Origin: the human T2T-CHM13v2.0 reference genome, Homo sapiens | DNA length: 64,000 bases | Assembly (NCBI RefSeq): GCF_009914755.1 | Contig: NC_060945.1 | Direction: 5' to 3' (one strand) | Notes under the pieces: generated by a model | The model's input: the letters and a program-made list of their open reading frames with translations, nothing else | The model's database searches: none | Told to the model about the DNA's origin: nothing | In this document: positions 44,851 to 58,049 of the stretch, one piece after another | Position numbering within the stretch: position 1 is the stretch's first letter | How the letters are laid out: each line of letters starts with the position of its first letter | Translations under genes and position numbers: made by a program

Positions 44851-47144
44851 ATCATCTCGGCCCCTTTAAAAACAACCATTATAATAGAGTTTTTCAAAGT
44901 AAATGCTAATTTTAAAGTGAATCACATTGTTCCTAATTATGCTGGTTTAGATTGCAACTTTCATGGGAAATGAGGAGGCAGCATTTTGTTTTTACTTAAT
45001 AAACAAATGGTGCCTAGTTTATGCCACGCTCCATATGAGGTGTGAGAATGGACAGAGAGAAGACTGTGACACAGTTCTGGTTCCCCAAGGTTCCACCATC
45101 TAGTAGCCCACTGAGGAGCAGGGCGAAGCCTCGCCAGACACAGTGAGCCAGGCTCTAATAGAGGCATGGTACCAGGGGCAGGGCCCTCAAAGAGGCATCT
45201 GACAACCTGGAACACTGAAAAGGGCTCCATAGAGGTACAGGAACTGGAGTACAGCAAGATGTGGATGAAGCAGGGTGGGGTCTGCAGTGAGAACTGGATG
45301 CCCTGTTGCTCAGAAGGAAGGGAATCGGCTCTCATCACGGCTGTCAGCCAAGGGGCCCGGGGAAGAGAACACGCCTTCTATCTGCATAGCTGCCGGAGCA
45401 TCCAAAGGTCCAGAAAGGTCTGGGCTCCTTCAACTTTATTCCTCAGGGACTCTGCAAAGCCTCAGATCAACTTTCTGACCGGCCCTGCTTGGCTTCCTCT
45501 TCTCCTGTCTCAGGATTCCACGGCCTGCAGCCCCAGTGCTTTTACTGCGTTTCACGGCCCTCTTGTATATTAGATTCTAATTCCCGATGCTTCTTCTCAA
45601 GACCCCTTTTCCTAGAAAATCCATAGAAACTTTCATGGTTGCTAAAGCTTAGAAAAATGTCTTGCCCCAGGCTGGCTTCAAAGGATCACACGAAACCAGC
45701 AGCTCACCTCTCTGGTATTGATGCAGTTTCTCCAGAGCTGCAATGACCCCTAATGCCATCACAAATGACAGTCTTGGATCAAATTTAGGGTCCAATGTAG
45801 AAAGAATGTGGGCATTGAGAGGAAAAGGGTCTGGAATGTGCAGCCACTAAATCATCATGGAGCAGAGAAAACACCTGAATGTACTGAGACTAAGCCATTG
45901 GCTTCTGAAAGAAAGACAGGAGCTCTAGAATTTACCACCTCAAAGAGAACATTAGAAAGAGCCTTCAAAAGGAATGAGAAGCCCCAACCTCCCTCTGAGC
46001 ATCCTTGTTCTTGCTCCGACATTCCTCTGCCTGCTTTGATTTTTCTTTCAAGCCACAGATTCGTACCTGGCACAACAATGCGCAAACTCCATAGCCTGGC
46101 ATTTTTCCACCTAATATTCACCCCTGGTGGAGACTGATTTATGTATAAATTGTCTTGGCATAACAGGTGACACTTTGTAACTTGGCTGTCCTTCACTGTC
46201 AACAGGGGCTCCTGAAACATGCCTTCCTCACCTGCCTGGTGACTCTGCACCTGTGATTCTCAGTGGCTGCTCGCTCACCCCTTGACTTGCTGGCAGAGGC
46301 GGAGGCTGCTGATGGCTGGTATTCATCTCCCCACAGTGGCACCTCATGGTCCTCAACTCCAAGATGCAGAGGGAGCAAGGGAAGACGCAAGCCCCTCTGT
46401 CATCTCATCTGATGGAAATAGTCACGTGGTGTTGGATCAGGCAGGGCCCTCACTGGGGGACTTCTGTTCCAGAACCATCCCCAAGCTGTTACCACCTTTC
46501 GATCTCCTTTGGCAACTGGTCTATGATCAAATGACTTTGGGATAAACTCTTGCCCAAAGTTGGGTCCATGGCTCTGACTGGATGCTCCTGAATGAGATAA
46601 TGGAGAAAGGGAGGAGGAATGTTCACGTCTACGACCTCCCGGGAAAATAATTTGAGGCTAATTAAAAATAATTTAACTTAAATACAGTTGGGGTTTCCAG
46701 GGCAAAACACATCTCTTTGGATGGCAAGGATTAGAAAAATTACATTCAAAAAACCAATGCTCTGAAGCCCCGGTTTGCAAGAATTTGGCTTTTCTCTGCA
46801 TTTTTGCAAGAAACATAAATTGTCTGCAATACATTCCAAAGATCCTCACCCAACAGCACAAGCCAAAGTGCTTACATAGCACAACCTTGATGGTTCTCAG
46901 CCCACCCTCGGTAATGGATAATTCTCATGACGTGAATAATTTGTTATCTCAAGTGTGAATAAGGTTAGACATTTCTCCTCACGAACGGTCTAAAAATAAT
47001 ACCATGAGAGCCTCTTATATATTGAGTCAGTTGCTCTTTGGCAAGAAAAGAAGTGTATGTAAGGTGAAAAGTGTATCCCTCTAATCTTTCTATTCTAACC
47101 AAATTATTTTATTTCATGATCTATATCCTACTAATTGCAGGTGT

Positions 47145-47410
47145 CAGAAATAATAGGTGCTAGCACTTACATGGTACTTACCACGTGCCAGTTACCAGTT
47201 GAAGTGCTTTCCTGAACACATCTAATCCCCCAAACTACTTTAGGATAGGTATTATGATTATCAAGTGCCTTTTAAAGATTATGAAACAAAGGCACAGAGA
47301 GGTTAAGTAGCTTGCCCAAGATCACACAGCTTGTCCTGTAAGAAGCCAAGCCTGTATTCATACCTGATGTTCTATGTGTAATGTCTGTGCACTTACCCAT
47401 TATTACACTC
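47145..47410 (-). mobile_element. MIR SINE
   Basis: gaaacaaaggcacagagaggttaagtagcttgcccaagatcacacagct. Confidence 0.8.
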
Positions 47411-48794
47411 TTATGTCTCTCTAAAAATGTCACATAGGTGAAAATGTCACAAGAGTGAAAAAAGTTAAACATGTTCAATATGTAACAAAAATATTTTAGG
47501 GGTTTTTTTTTTTTGTCTAAATTGGGGGATGTTCAGGGTCTCCAAGCAATTTGTGAAAATTATTTTATTACTAGTGCAAAAACAAACAAAAAAACCCAGA
47601 GATCATCTAATCCAACTCTTCCCATTTTTTATCAAGGAGACTGAGGCTCAGAGTAATAAAAAGATTTCCCTGAGAACTAAGATTTGGGTGTTTTTCTCCT
47701 AGTAATCATGAATAATACTACCAGACAATGGGCGCTTGGATCTTGGTCCAGATACTATTAATTAACCTTGGGTTAATCCTAAGCAGTTTTCTTAGTTCTG
47801 AAATGAGAAGCTTAAAATAAATGTTTTCTAAGGTTTCCTTAAGCTGCACTTTCAATGATTCTAAATTGACTGACTGGTGCAGGGTCAAATAGCTTCGTGG
47901 ACAACGAAAAAAATAGGAAAAGGGTGGGAAAGGCAAGTAGAACTACTAAGAGGGGTCTGGAGGAATGGGGCTGCATCATCACTGGAGTGGGAACAGAATT
48001 CTCTGTGTTTCTTTTGTCTCCTCTGGGGACTGGTCTCAGAGCATGAAAGGGATAAATCAGAACATCAGCCCTTCACCTGATCTGTGTGTGAGTTAAAGCA
48101 AGACCTAGAGAGGACAGGGAACAGCAGAGTGTAGCTCAGTAATGACTTCCAAATTATGCAAAGGGAGATTTGGAATCAAGCTGAACCCATAATACTAAAT
48201 TACAGTGCACCTTCAAGTACAGAGGAATTGAATTTCACTGGGGAATCTGAGGATTGGAGGCCTATAAACCCACAGAAGGGAGTTGTGCCAAAAAATATAA
48301 CCAAGCAGCAAGTAGGATGACTAAAGAAATTGTGATGACCTTTTGTCTGCTCTTTTGTGACTATGAAAAATAAATGCATGCCCCCTTCCAAAAAAAAGAA
48401 AAAGAAAAAACTGCAGCAAAATCTGTTACACCAATGCCTATTGGAGAATATAAAGATTGGGAGGTCAAATTCCACATGTTTTAGCAGTGAGCAGATAGCA
48501 TAACAGTAGGAAAGAAGATTGGATTAAAATCTGTAGGCTTACTAAAAGCAGAAGCCCCATAATATAAAAGGTCCCTGTAGGACCTTTTTATATTATGTGA
48601 CTTTTTTTAATGTCTAGGAAAACATGAGCTCGCAGCCATTTTCAAAAGCTTTGAGGAGGACCTTGGACCTCCCTTGAAATGTTGGATTGACCTCCCCATA
48701 GTGTTAGCTAACTCTCCACACACAGAGTGAATGTCAGGTGACATTAAAAAGAACAGAACCAAGACTTCCCAGCAGAACTAAATGGAAAAAGATA

Positions 48795-49391
48795 ATCGTT
48801 TCTCAATCTTGGCACTCTTAACATTTCAGGCTAATAATTTTTTGTTGTGAGGGGCTGTGCTGTATACAGTGTAGGAAGTTCACCAGCATCCCTGGTATAT
48901 TAGTCTGCTCTCACACTGCTAATTATAGACATACCTGAGACTGAGTAATTTATAAAGGAAAGAGGTTTAATGGACTCATGGTTCCACATGGCTGGGGAGG
49001 CCTCATAATCATGGTGGAAGGTGAAGGAGGAGCAAAGTCACATCTTACATGGCGGCAGGCAAGAAGGGAGAGTGTGCAGGGGAACTCCCCTTTATCAAAC
49101 CATCAGATCTCATGAGACTTATTCACTATCACAAGAACAGCATGGGAAAGACCCACCCCCAGGATTCAATTACCTCCCACCAGGGCCCTCCCACAACACA
49201 TGGGAATTATAGGAGCTACAATTTGAGATTTGGGTGAGGACACAGCCAAATCATATCACCTGGCCTCTGCCCCCGGGTGCCAATAGCTTTGCCCCTGCCT
49301 CCAAGTTGAGACCAAAAATGTCTCAAGATATTGCCATATATCCCCAGAGTGGAGAGGAGGGCACAAAACTGCCCCTAGTTGAGAACCAGTG
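48795..49391 (+). mobile_element. MER20 MITE interrupted by THE1 LTR
   Basis: tttctcaatcttggcact...ggggctgtgctgt...cagcatccctgg[THE1]cctggcctct...ccaaaaatgtctc...gttgagaaccagtg. Confidence 0.88.
48896..49258 (-). mobile_element. THE1 (THE1B/C-like) MaLR solo LTR
   Basis: tattagtctgctctcacactgcta...aaaggaaagaggtttaat...cacagccaaatcatatca; 5-bp TSD cctgg. Confidence 0.95.
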
Positions 49392-50035
49392 GAGTAGAAT
49401 GATGAGATTAGAAAGTGGTTCAGCACTCAGAGGCACTGAAACTCAAAAAAAAGAAAAAAAAAAGCAGTCAAAACCAAAACCCCATGTATCATTTTAAGGC
49501 TTTTTATTCATGTTAATCAAGCTGAAAAAATCTGGAGATAATTTGAGATTCAAAGTTTTGTCACTAATTATTTTAACAAGTATTTTAACAAGTACTCTCC
49601 AGATGCCCATTGTATTTTCAAATTTTATTTTTTAAAGACCCATTATTTTTCTCTCCTAGGACTGTCAGCTCTCTTCTCCATATTCCTTTTTTTTAATGCT
49701 TGTCAAAGTTTAATCAACCTAATTATCAGATTTGAAAATGAATGGCTATAAAATGTGAGTTTCTAAAAACAGATCAATCAACACAATTGTGCACGCGCCT
49801 AATAAAAGGTTTCAGGGTTAGGTTCTCCATGCCAGGAAGCTGTGACCCCAGAGACAGTTTCTCAGCATAATAGATTAACCTGCCTATTACCAGCAAAGTC
49901 TGATAGCTAATGGCTCACCCTGATTCAATCATAATAGCTACCTGCAGTGAAGTGATGTATCAGATTCTTAACTCTCATGGATATGGTGCTTGGAAATTAG
50001 GGGAAGAGTGTCTGGGAATCTCAAGTTAACAGAAA

Positions 50036-50505
50036 TGTTATGGGTTGAATTGTGTCCTACCTCCTGCAACCTAAAATTAATATATTGAAGACCTAGCCCT
50101 CAGTAGCTCAGAATGTGACCTTATTTGGGAATAGGGTTATTACAGATATAATCAGTTAAGATGAAGTCATGGTGTAGTAGGATGGGTCCCTAATCCAATA
50201 TGACTGGTGTCTTGTAAAAAGAGGAAATCTGGACACAGACACAGGGAGAACCCCATATGAAGATGAAAACAGAGATTGGGGTGAGTCATCTACAAGTCAA
50301 GGAATGCCCAAACTTGCCAGCAAACCACCAAAGGCTGGAAGAGAGACCTGGAGCAGACTCTTCCTCACAGCCTCAGAAGGAACCAGCCCTGCTGACACCT
50401 GGATCTCATACTTCTGGCCTCCAGAACTGTGAGAGAATAAATTTCTTTAGCTTAGGCCACCCAGTCTGTGCGACTTCATGACAGCAGCCTTAGACAATGA
50501 ATTCA
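50036..50505 (+). mobile_element. MaLR solo LTR (MLT1B/C-like)
   Basis: tgttatgggttgaattgtgtcc...cagaatgtgaccttatttgg...ctggcctccagaactgtgagagaataaatttc. Confidence 0.9.
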
Positions 50506-50823
50506 AGAAGCCTATTTCTAGCCCTGCTCTAATTTACCTCTGTCCAGCCACATCCAGGACATGTGGCAGATAATCTTTCTTCAAACTGGCGTGGCCAAAA
50601 TATCTCCCACTAGACTCAAGCAAATGGCATCAGCAGAAATTACCTTTTTTAAAGTGAGTACAATTCAAGTGATGCCCAGACGGTCACATCAGAGGCCTCA
50701 AGAACTCTGGCACTTCCCAGCACACTTGCAGGTTTCAGCCGAGATCACTTATGTACCTAAGCTCAAAACCATTGGCCCTCACAGCTCTGAAACTGGTTTT
50801 CCTTTCCTTCTACAAGAACATAA

Positions 50824-51176
<353 letters not shown>

Positions 51177-51795
51177 AACAGATTTTTAATGTACTTTTCC
51201 TTTTATAAACTATGTACAGAGCTGTCGTCACAAGAAAGCACAAGGCTCTCGAATACCTTCTTTGAGTGGTTATCAGGGAAAGAAATTCGGGAGATGCACA
51301 GTTTTCCCCAAAGGGATCTAATTCCCTTTTCTAAATCTTTAGCTTCCTGAATTAACAGGTTTAACAAAGGTAATCCAAAACCAAAGCTTTCACATGAGCT
51401 GTGTTCCAGAGATTATTTATAAAATGGCCTCATTGAGAAGCATTTTCTCACAGTGATAATATTATGAGTGAAAGAATCCTAGGCAGTTCAAGAAAACAAA
51501 AATAACTATTTAATCCATAATGTCACAGAAGCACCATTCCCAAAAAAGCAGGCTGAGTTTGACATCCTGGGACCAAGGGTTCCTGTACTTCCAAAGGGAA
51601 GGCCACTTTTCAAATGTTTTTAGTTCTCCCATTTATTTTACTTCCAGGAAGAAGTGGATGTTTTCATGTTAAATTTGGTTTGGCTGTGCAATAGGATATA
51701 GACTGGGGCTTTTCCTGACTCAGGATTAACTTAGGCACCAATCAGAAAATACTCATATGACTGTAAAATTCAAACCTCCACCGAGAAAATTTACA

Positions 51796-52083
51796 GGCTG
51801 GGTGCAGTGGTTCATGCCTATAATCCCAGAACTTTGGGAGGCTGAGGTGAGAGGATTGGATGAGCCCATGAGTTCAAGACCAGCCTGGGCAACATAGCAA
51901 GACCCCAGTCTCTTTAAAAAAAAATTTATTTCACCAGCACGGTGGCACACACCTGTGGTTGCCGCTACTCAGGAGGCTGAAGTGGGAGAATCGCTTGAGC
52001 CCAGGAGGTCAAGACTACAGTGAGCCAAGATCACACCACTGCACTCCAGCCTGGGTGACAGAGGAAGACCCTGTCTCATAAAA
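51796..52083 (+). mobile_element. Alu SINE (AluJ)
   Basis: ttgagcccaggaggtcaagactacag J-type; TSD agaaa(a/g)tttaca. Confidence 0.96.
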
Positions 52084-52188
52084 GAGGAAGGAAGGAAGGA
52101 AGGAAGGAAGGGAGGGAGGGAGGGAGGGAGGGAGGGAGGGAGGGAAGAAGGGAAGGAGAGAGTGAGGGAGGGAGGGACAGAAAAGAAA
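52084..52188. repeat. (GGAA)n(GGGA)n polypurine microsatellite
   Basis: Six GGAA then about nine GGGA units in the Alu tail. Confidence 0.95.
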
Positions 52189-52724
52189 GTTTACACTGTG
52201 AATTGAAGACCTGCTCCAGGATTCTTGAATCCCTTCATCTATTTCAGGAATATAAAGACTAAAGGGAGTGGCAATTTAGAATGAAGGTTTCTTTGGTGAG
52301 AGCTGGTAATGTCCTCTAGCTGAGCCCCCTGAGCTGCCATCCTCATCTTGAGTGTGATGAGAGGGGCTTCTACTCTAGGGTGCTTTAAAACCATGTTTTC
52401 TGCAGTTGGGTGACTCCAAGGACCAGTGCCTACTGACCCCAGAAAAAGCTAAATAAAACTGTGAAATTTCAACTTCTGGCTATGAGAGCATAGCTTGCTT
52501 CAAAGCAGCTTTCCCTTAAATAAACTATAAAAGCTGAATTTCTATTTAAAGTAGCTATTTCAAACCACAGCAGATAAAGCAAAGTAGCCAACATTTGAGG
52601 AATCAAGATCCAAAGAGAAAGAAAATGCACTGATATGATCATAACATTCTCTGCCACATTTCTCCTCCTGGTGTTTGCCAATTTCTCAGTGGCATGGCAG
52701 AAAAGACAAAAGAGTCAGTACACA

Positions 52725-53290
<566 letters not shown>

Positions 53291-53295
53291 TTTCC

Positions 53296-53570
53296 TTTTT
53301 TTGTTGTTTGTTTTTAGACAGGATGTTGCTCTGTCATCCAGGCTGGGCTGGAGTGCAGTGGTGTGAACCACAACTCACTGCAGCCTTGATTTCCTGGCCT
53401 CAAGCAATCTTCCTGCCTCAGCCTCCTAAGTAACTGAGGTGCATGCCATCACACTCGACTAATGTTTCTAATTTTTTGCAGAGACACATCTCTTTATGTT
53501 GCCCAGGCTGGTCTTGAACTCCTGGGCTCAAGCCATCCTTCTGCCCTGGGCTCAAGCCATCCTCCTGGCA
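53296..53570 (-). mobile_element. Alu SINE (AluJ), 5'-truncated, with 24-bp tandem duplication
   Basis: Antisense J-type Alu; cctgggctcaagccatcct occurs twice (53521, 53545). Confidence 0.9.
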
Positions 53571-53571
53571 T

Positions 53572-54190
53572 CAAAAAAACACCAGGCATGCCAAGAAATA
53601 GAACCAAGCGATTGTAAAAAAAGAGAGACGGGGAAAGAAAATGGACAACAGAAAGATACCCACAGCTCTTTAAACTAAATGTGATTGATGTGTTCAAGAA
53701 TATAGATAGCAAGATGGGGAATTTTATCAGAGAATTGAAATATACTAAGAAACAATATATAAAATTTAGAAATAAAAAATTCATTAGCTGAAATTAATAA
53801 CTCAAGAAACAGGGGTAACACCAGATTAGATAAACAGAAGAAATGATTAATGAACTGATATTGCTCATTATAAAAATAACTATTGAAGCATGAGAGGGGA
53901 AAAAAGGAAATACTTAAGAGTGGAATTGCTCTACGGAACAAGATAAAAGGCCTAAAGCATGTGTAAGTGGAGTCCCAGAAGGCAAAGGAAGAGAGAATGA
54001 ACAGAAATATTTGAAGAGATTATGAATGAGCCTTTTCTGATACTGAAAGGCAGCCATAGACTCAAGAAGTTCTGCAAACCACATGCAAGACAATCACAAA
54101 GAAATCTACACCAAGGCATATTATGGCAAAAACTGCTAAGAACCAAAGATAAGGAGAAAAAGAAACACACTAACACTTTCAGAGAAGCAT
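53572..54190 (+). mobile_element. Old L1 ORF1 fragment
   Basis: ggagtcccagaagg...aaatatttgaagagat...ctcaagaag...aagaaatctacaccaaggcatatt...aaaactgctaagaaccaaagataa. Confidence 0.82.
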
Positions 54191-54383
54191 GAAACTTTCA
54201 AAACACTCTTTTCCTTCTGTAATCTTATTTCTATGAAGAGGTGCATATGGGACCCATTGACTCTCTCCTCTCTTATCCCCAAGCAGCCTATCCAGTAAGG
54301 TGGTCAAGTAAGGAGAATTTCTCTCTTTACAACCCAGTCAAGCAGCTCACTTCTTGAATTGGAAGATGCACTCTGTGTTAATC

Positions 54384-54876
54384 TGTGGCAGAGAGTGCTA
54401 GCTTCCTTCTCAATCATTACTCTCCCCTTCCTCTCTACAAACAGAACCAATGTGCCTAGCTAAAACCAAACAGAAACAACATCCCCTCATTATCCAGCAT
54501 CAACTGTAGTTAGAAATGGCTATGGGACACAGTTCTAGCCAATAATAATTAAGCAGCATTTTTTCATGTGGCTACCAGGAAGCACCTTCAAATGGAATAG
54601 AATCAGTCGGCACACAGTTAGTTAGGCTTGTCCTCTTTGCTTTCCTCTTCTGACTTGAAGTGCAGCTATGATGGCAGGAGCTGCAGCAGGCATATTACAA
54701 CTGAAAATGAAAGAAAAGCTAAAGAATTTCAAAAATCGATCTGGACATTCTTGAGCTGCTCCACAAACTATCGTCTGATTATCCCAAAACTTCTTTGTCA
54801 TTTGAAAGGATCATAAAACACTAAGCCACTATTATTTGGATTGTTTTGATATATGCAGCTAAACCCAAACTCTGTT
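54384..54876 (+). mobile_element. MaLR LTR (MLT1J-like)
   Basis: tgtggcagagagtgctag...agttctagccaat...tgatggcaggagctgcagcag...taagccact. Confidence 0.7.
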
Positions 54877-55294
54877 AGAGCTTCCCTTTTCTTGTGGCTT
54901 GAAACAAATCTGTAAAAAAATTCTTCTATTGAGTTCAGCTTGTTGCTGCTTTGAAGCTAAGGAAAGCCTCAAAATATCTGACCTAAGAAGAAACTAATCA
55001 GCTTCTTATTCTCACATGGCATTTTTTCAACAGAAGAGAGAGACAATTTAATACAAGATATATGATCATCAAATTCTGAGCCCTTGCTCAAGGGAAATCT
55101 GAGTAGCTAAGATGCAAGTCAATCTGTCTTTGGTCTCTAGTATCTACTTCAGTTCAGAACAGAGAGCACAGTATTTAATTATGTCTCAGATTCTGAACAC
55201 AGAGGGGAATTGGGGAACAAGTTTCCTTCCAAATCAGAGCCTATGGTGAAGGAGCAGATTTTTTTTTCCAGTCCATCACAGAGCTATACTTTTA

Positions 55295-55710
<416 letters not shown>

Positions 55711-55874
55711 TTATCAATTCAAGAGACATAAAGTAATTGTCAAAATGCTTTTTTTTTTTAAAGTTTCTTAAGTCTTACTCTCAATTTTAGTACTTGTCTT
55801 ACTGTGATCTACTAACAGGTCAAGTACCAGCACTGGTCCACAGACTACAAGTTGAATAGAACAGCTATTGCAAT

Positions 55875-56249
55875 ATCTTAGTCAGCTAGGGCTGCTACAA
55901 CAAAGTGCCCCAAGCAGGGTGACTTAACAGAAACGTATTTCTCACAGTTCTGGATACTAGAAGCCCAAGATCAAGCAATCAGTAGGTTTCATCTCTCCAA
56001 AGGCCTTTCTCCTTGGCTTGCAGGTGGCTGCCTTCTTGCTGTGTGCTGTGTCCCCATCTGGCCTTTCCTCTGTGCACTTGTATCCCTCTCACTTCTTATA
56101 AGGACACCAGTCCTATGGAGTTAGGGTCCCAACCTTATGACCTCATTTAACATTAATTTTCTCATTAAAGTCCTATTTGCAAATGCAGTCACATTGGGGG
56201 TTAGAACATTAACATACGAATTTGAGGAGTCAGAATTCAATCCATAATA
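55875..56249 (-). mobile_element. MaLR solo LTR (MLT1B-like)
   Basis: tcttagtcagctagggctgctacaacaaa...tctcacagttctgg...cttcttataaggacaccagtc...tccataata. Confidence 0.88.
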
Positions 56250-57333
56250 AGAGTAATGCTTATATAAGCTTCTTCAATCGTTCTCTGCCTTAGCCTCGTT
56301 AGAATCTGAAGAGAAAGACCTCTAGATGTCCTCTTATCTCTGAGGGGATTAGAAAGTGCAAAAAGAAAAAAAGAAAAGTCCCTCACAGACAGTGTTCGTT
56401 TATCCACAGTTCATCTCCAATCAAAAAAGATCATTTTAACAAATCAGCTTGTAAACCTCTCCATCATGGTTCTCCCACCTTCTTCATCTGTTCTGTTTAT
56501 CTTTGCATAGATTTCCTCCAAAGAAGTCCTAAAGGATCAAAAAAACTTTTTTAATGAATATTTCAAAGTATGATTGAACAAAGCAACAGCTTTTGAAAAA
56601 AATTATACAGACTTTCCTTACTGTGACTGTTGGACCTGCTGTCTTTCTCAAGGGTTATATTTTTGTTTACATTTTACTTAGGTTTCCTTGGGATTTCATT
56701 TTGATGTGTGAGTTTTAGTGTGTGTTCCCGTAGCTCAGGGACAAGGATGGAGCTAATAGAGAGCAGAATTGTAAATCGGGTGTTTTCTCTAACACATTTG
56801 TAAGAGTGTGCTAGAATACTCCTGTGCTGGTATCTCTATCTCTTGCCAGCTGTGACCCATCTTGTGTGCACCCAAGCAGATATTTTGTCAGGAGGCCCAT
56901 GAACCACACTAGTGTTCACTTTGTCTTGGAGTAAAGATTTTTCTTTCTCCTTTGCCTGCAACAGCATACATTTATACTGTCAAATCATATATTTTGTTCC
57001 TAAAGATGTCTTCATTTCTTTTTCTAATTCCACAGCAATCTGCTGATTTAACTCACGTCTCTAAGAGGTGACAGTTCAAGGAATCTGGTACATACAACCT
57101 GATATTTATAATCAGTTCTACTAATGGCTGCTTCAGTAAGTCTACTCTTGTTGATAATATTTCAGAAAATGAATGATTGTCAGACTACTTAAAATTGCAT
57201 TTGTAACCAACAAATAAATATTTGAAAGCCTTGCTGCAAACTATGTACACTGAGAGGCCCTTCAAAGAAAATAGACACTCAGAAAGCCTTTCTTAAGTAT
57301 TTGCAATCCTTTTTTTAATAAGATAAATTAGAA

Positions 57334-57653
57334 TTTTATTTTATTTTATTTTATTTTATTTTTAGCGAGAGACAGGGTCTTGCTCTGTCACCCAGCCTGA
57401 AGTACAGTAGTACAATCATAACTCACTGCAGCCTCGACCTCCTGGGCTCAAGTAATCCTCCTTACTCAACTTCCCAAGTAGCGGAAACTACAGGCACACA
57501 CCACCACACTTGGCTAGGTTTTTTTTTAATTTTTTGTAGAGATGGGGTCTTGCTATGTTGCCCAGGCTGGTTTCAAACTCCTGGACTCAAGCAATCTTCC
57601 CACCTTTGCCTCCCAGAGTGTTGGGATTAAAGGTGTGAGCCACCACATCTGGC
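57334..57653 (-). mobile_element. Alu SINE (AluJ)
   Basis: ctcactgcagcctcgacctcctgggctcaag J-type; TSD aaattagaatttt. Confidence 0.96.
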
Positions 57654-57746
57654 AAATTAGAATTTTTAAGTAGGGCAAAGATGTATAGACTGCAGAAATA
57701 TATTTTATTTATATGCTAATGTTATATTTCATCATATAAACTTTTG

Positions 57747-58049
57747 GGTCAGGCGTGGTGGCTCATGCCTATAATTCTAGCACTTTGGGAGCCTGAGGCA
57801 GGAGGATCACTTGAGGCCAGGAGTTCCAGACCAGCCTACCCAACATGGCAAAACCCCATCTCTACTAAAAATACAAAAATTAGCCAGGCATGGTGGCATA
57901 TACCTGTAATCCCAGCTACTCGGGAGGCTGAGGCAGGAGAATTGCTTAACCCAGCAGGTGGAGGTTGCAGTGAGCCGAGATTGCATCACTGCACTCCAGC
58001 CTGGACAACAGAACAAGACTCCATCTCAAAATGAACCAACAAACAAAAC
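57747..58049 (+). mobile_element. Alu SINE (AluSz-like)
   Basis: Full dimer; TSD aaacttttg. Confidence 0.97.

Noticed and set aside
44961-46545. Cluster of overlapping 62-135 aa ORFs on both strands
   Set aside because: No recognisable protein similarity; overlapping frames are expected in GC-richer DNA
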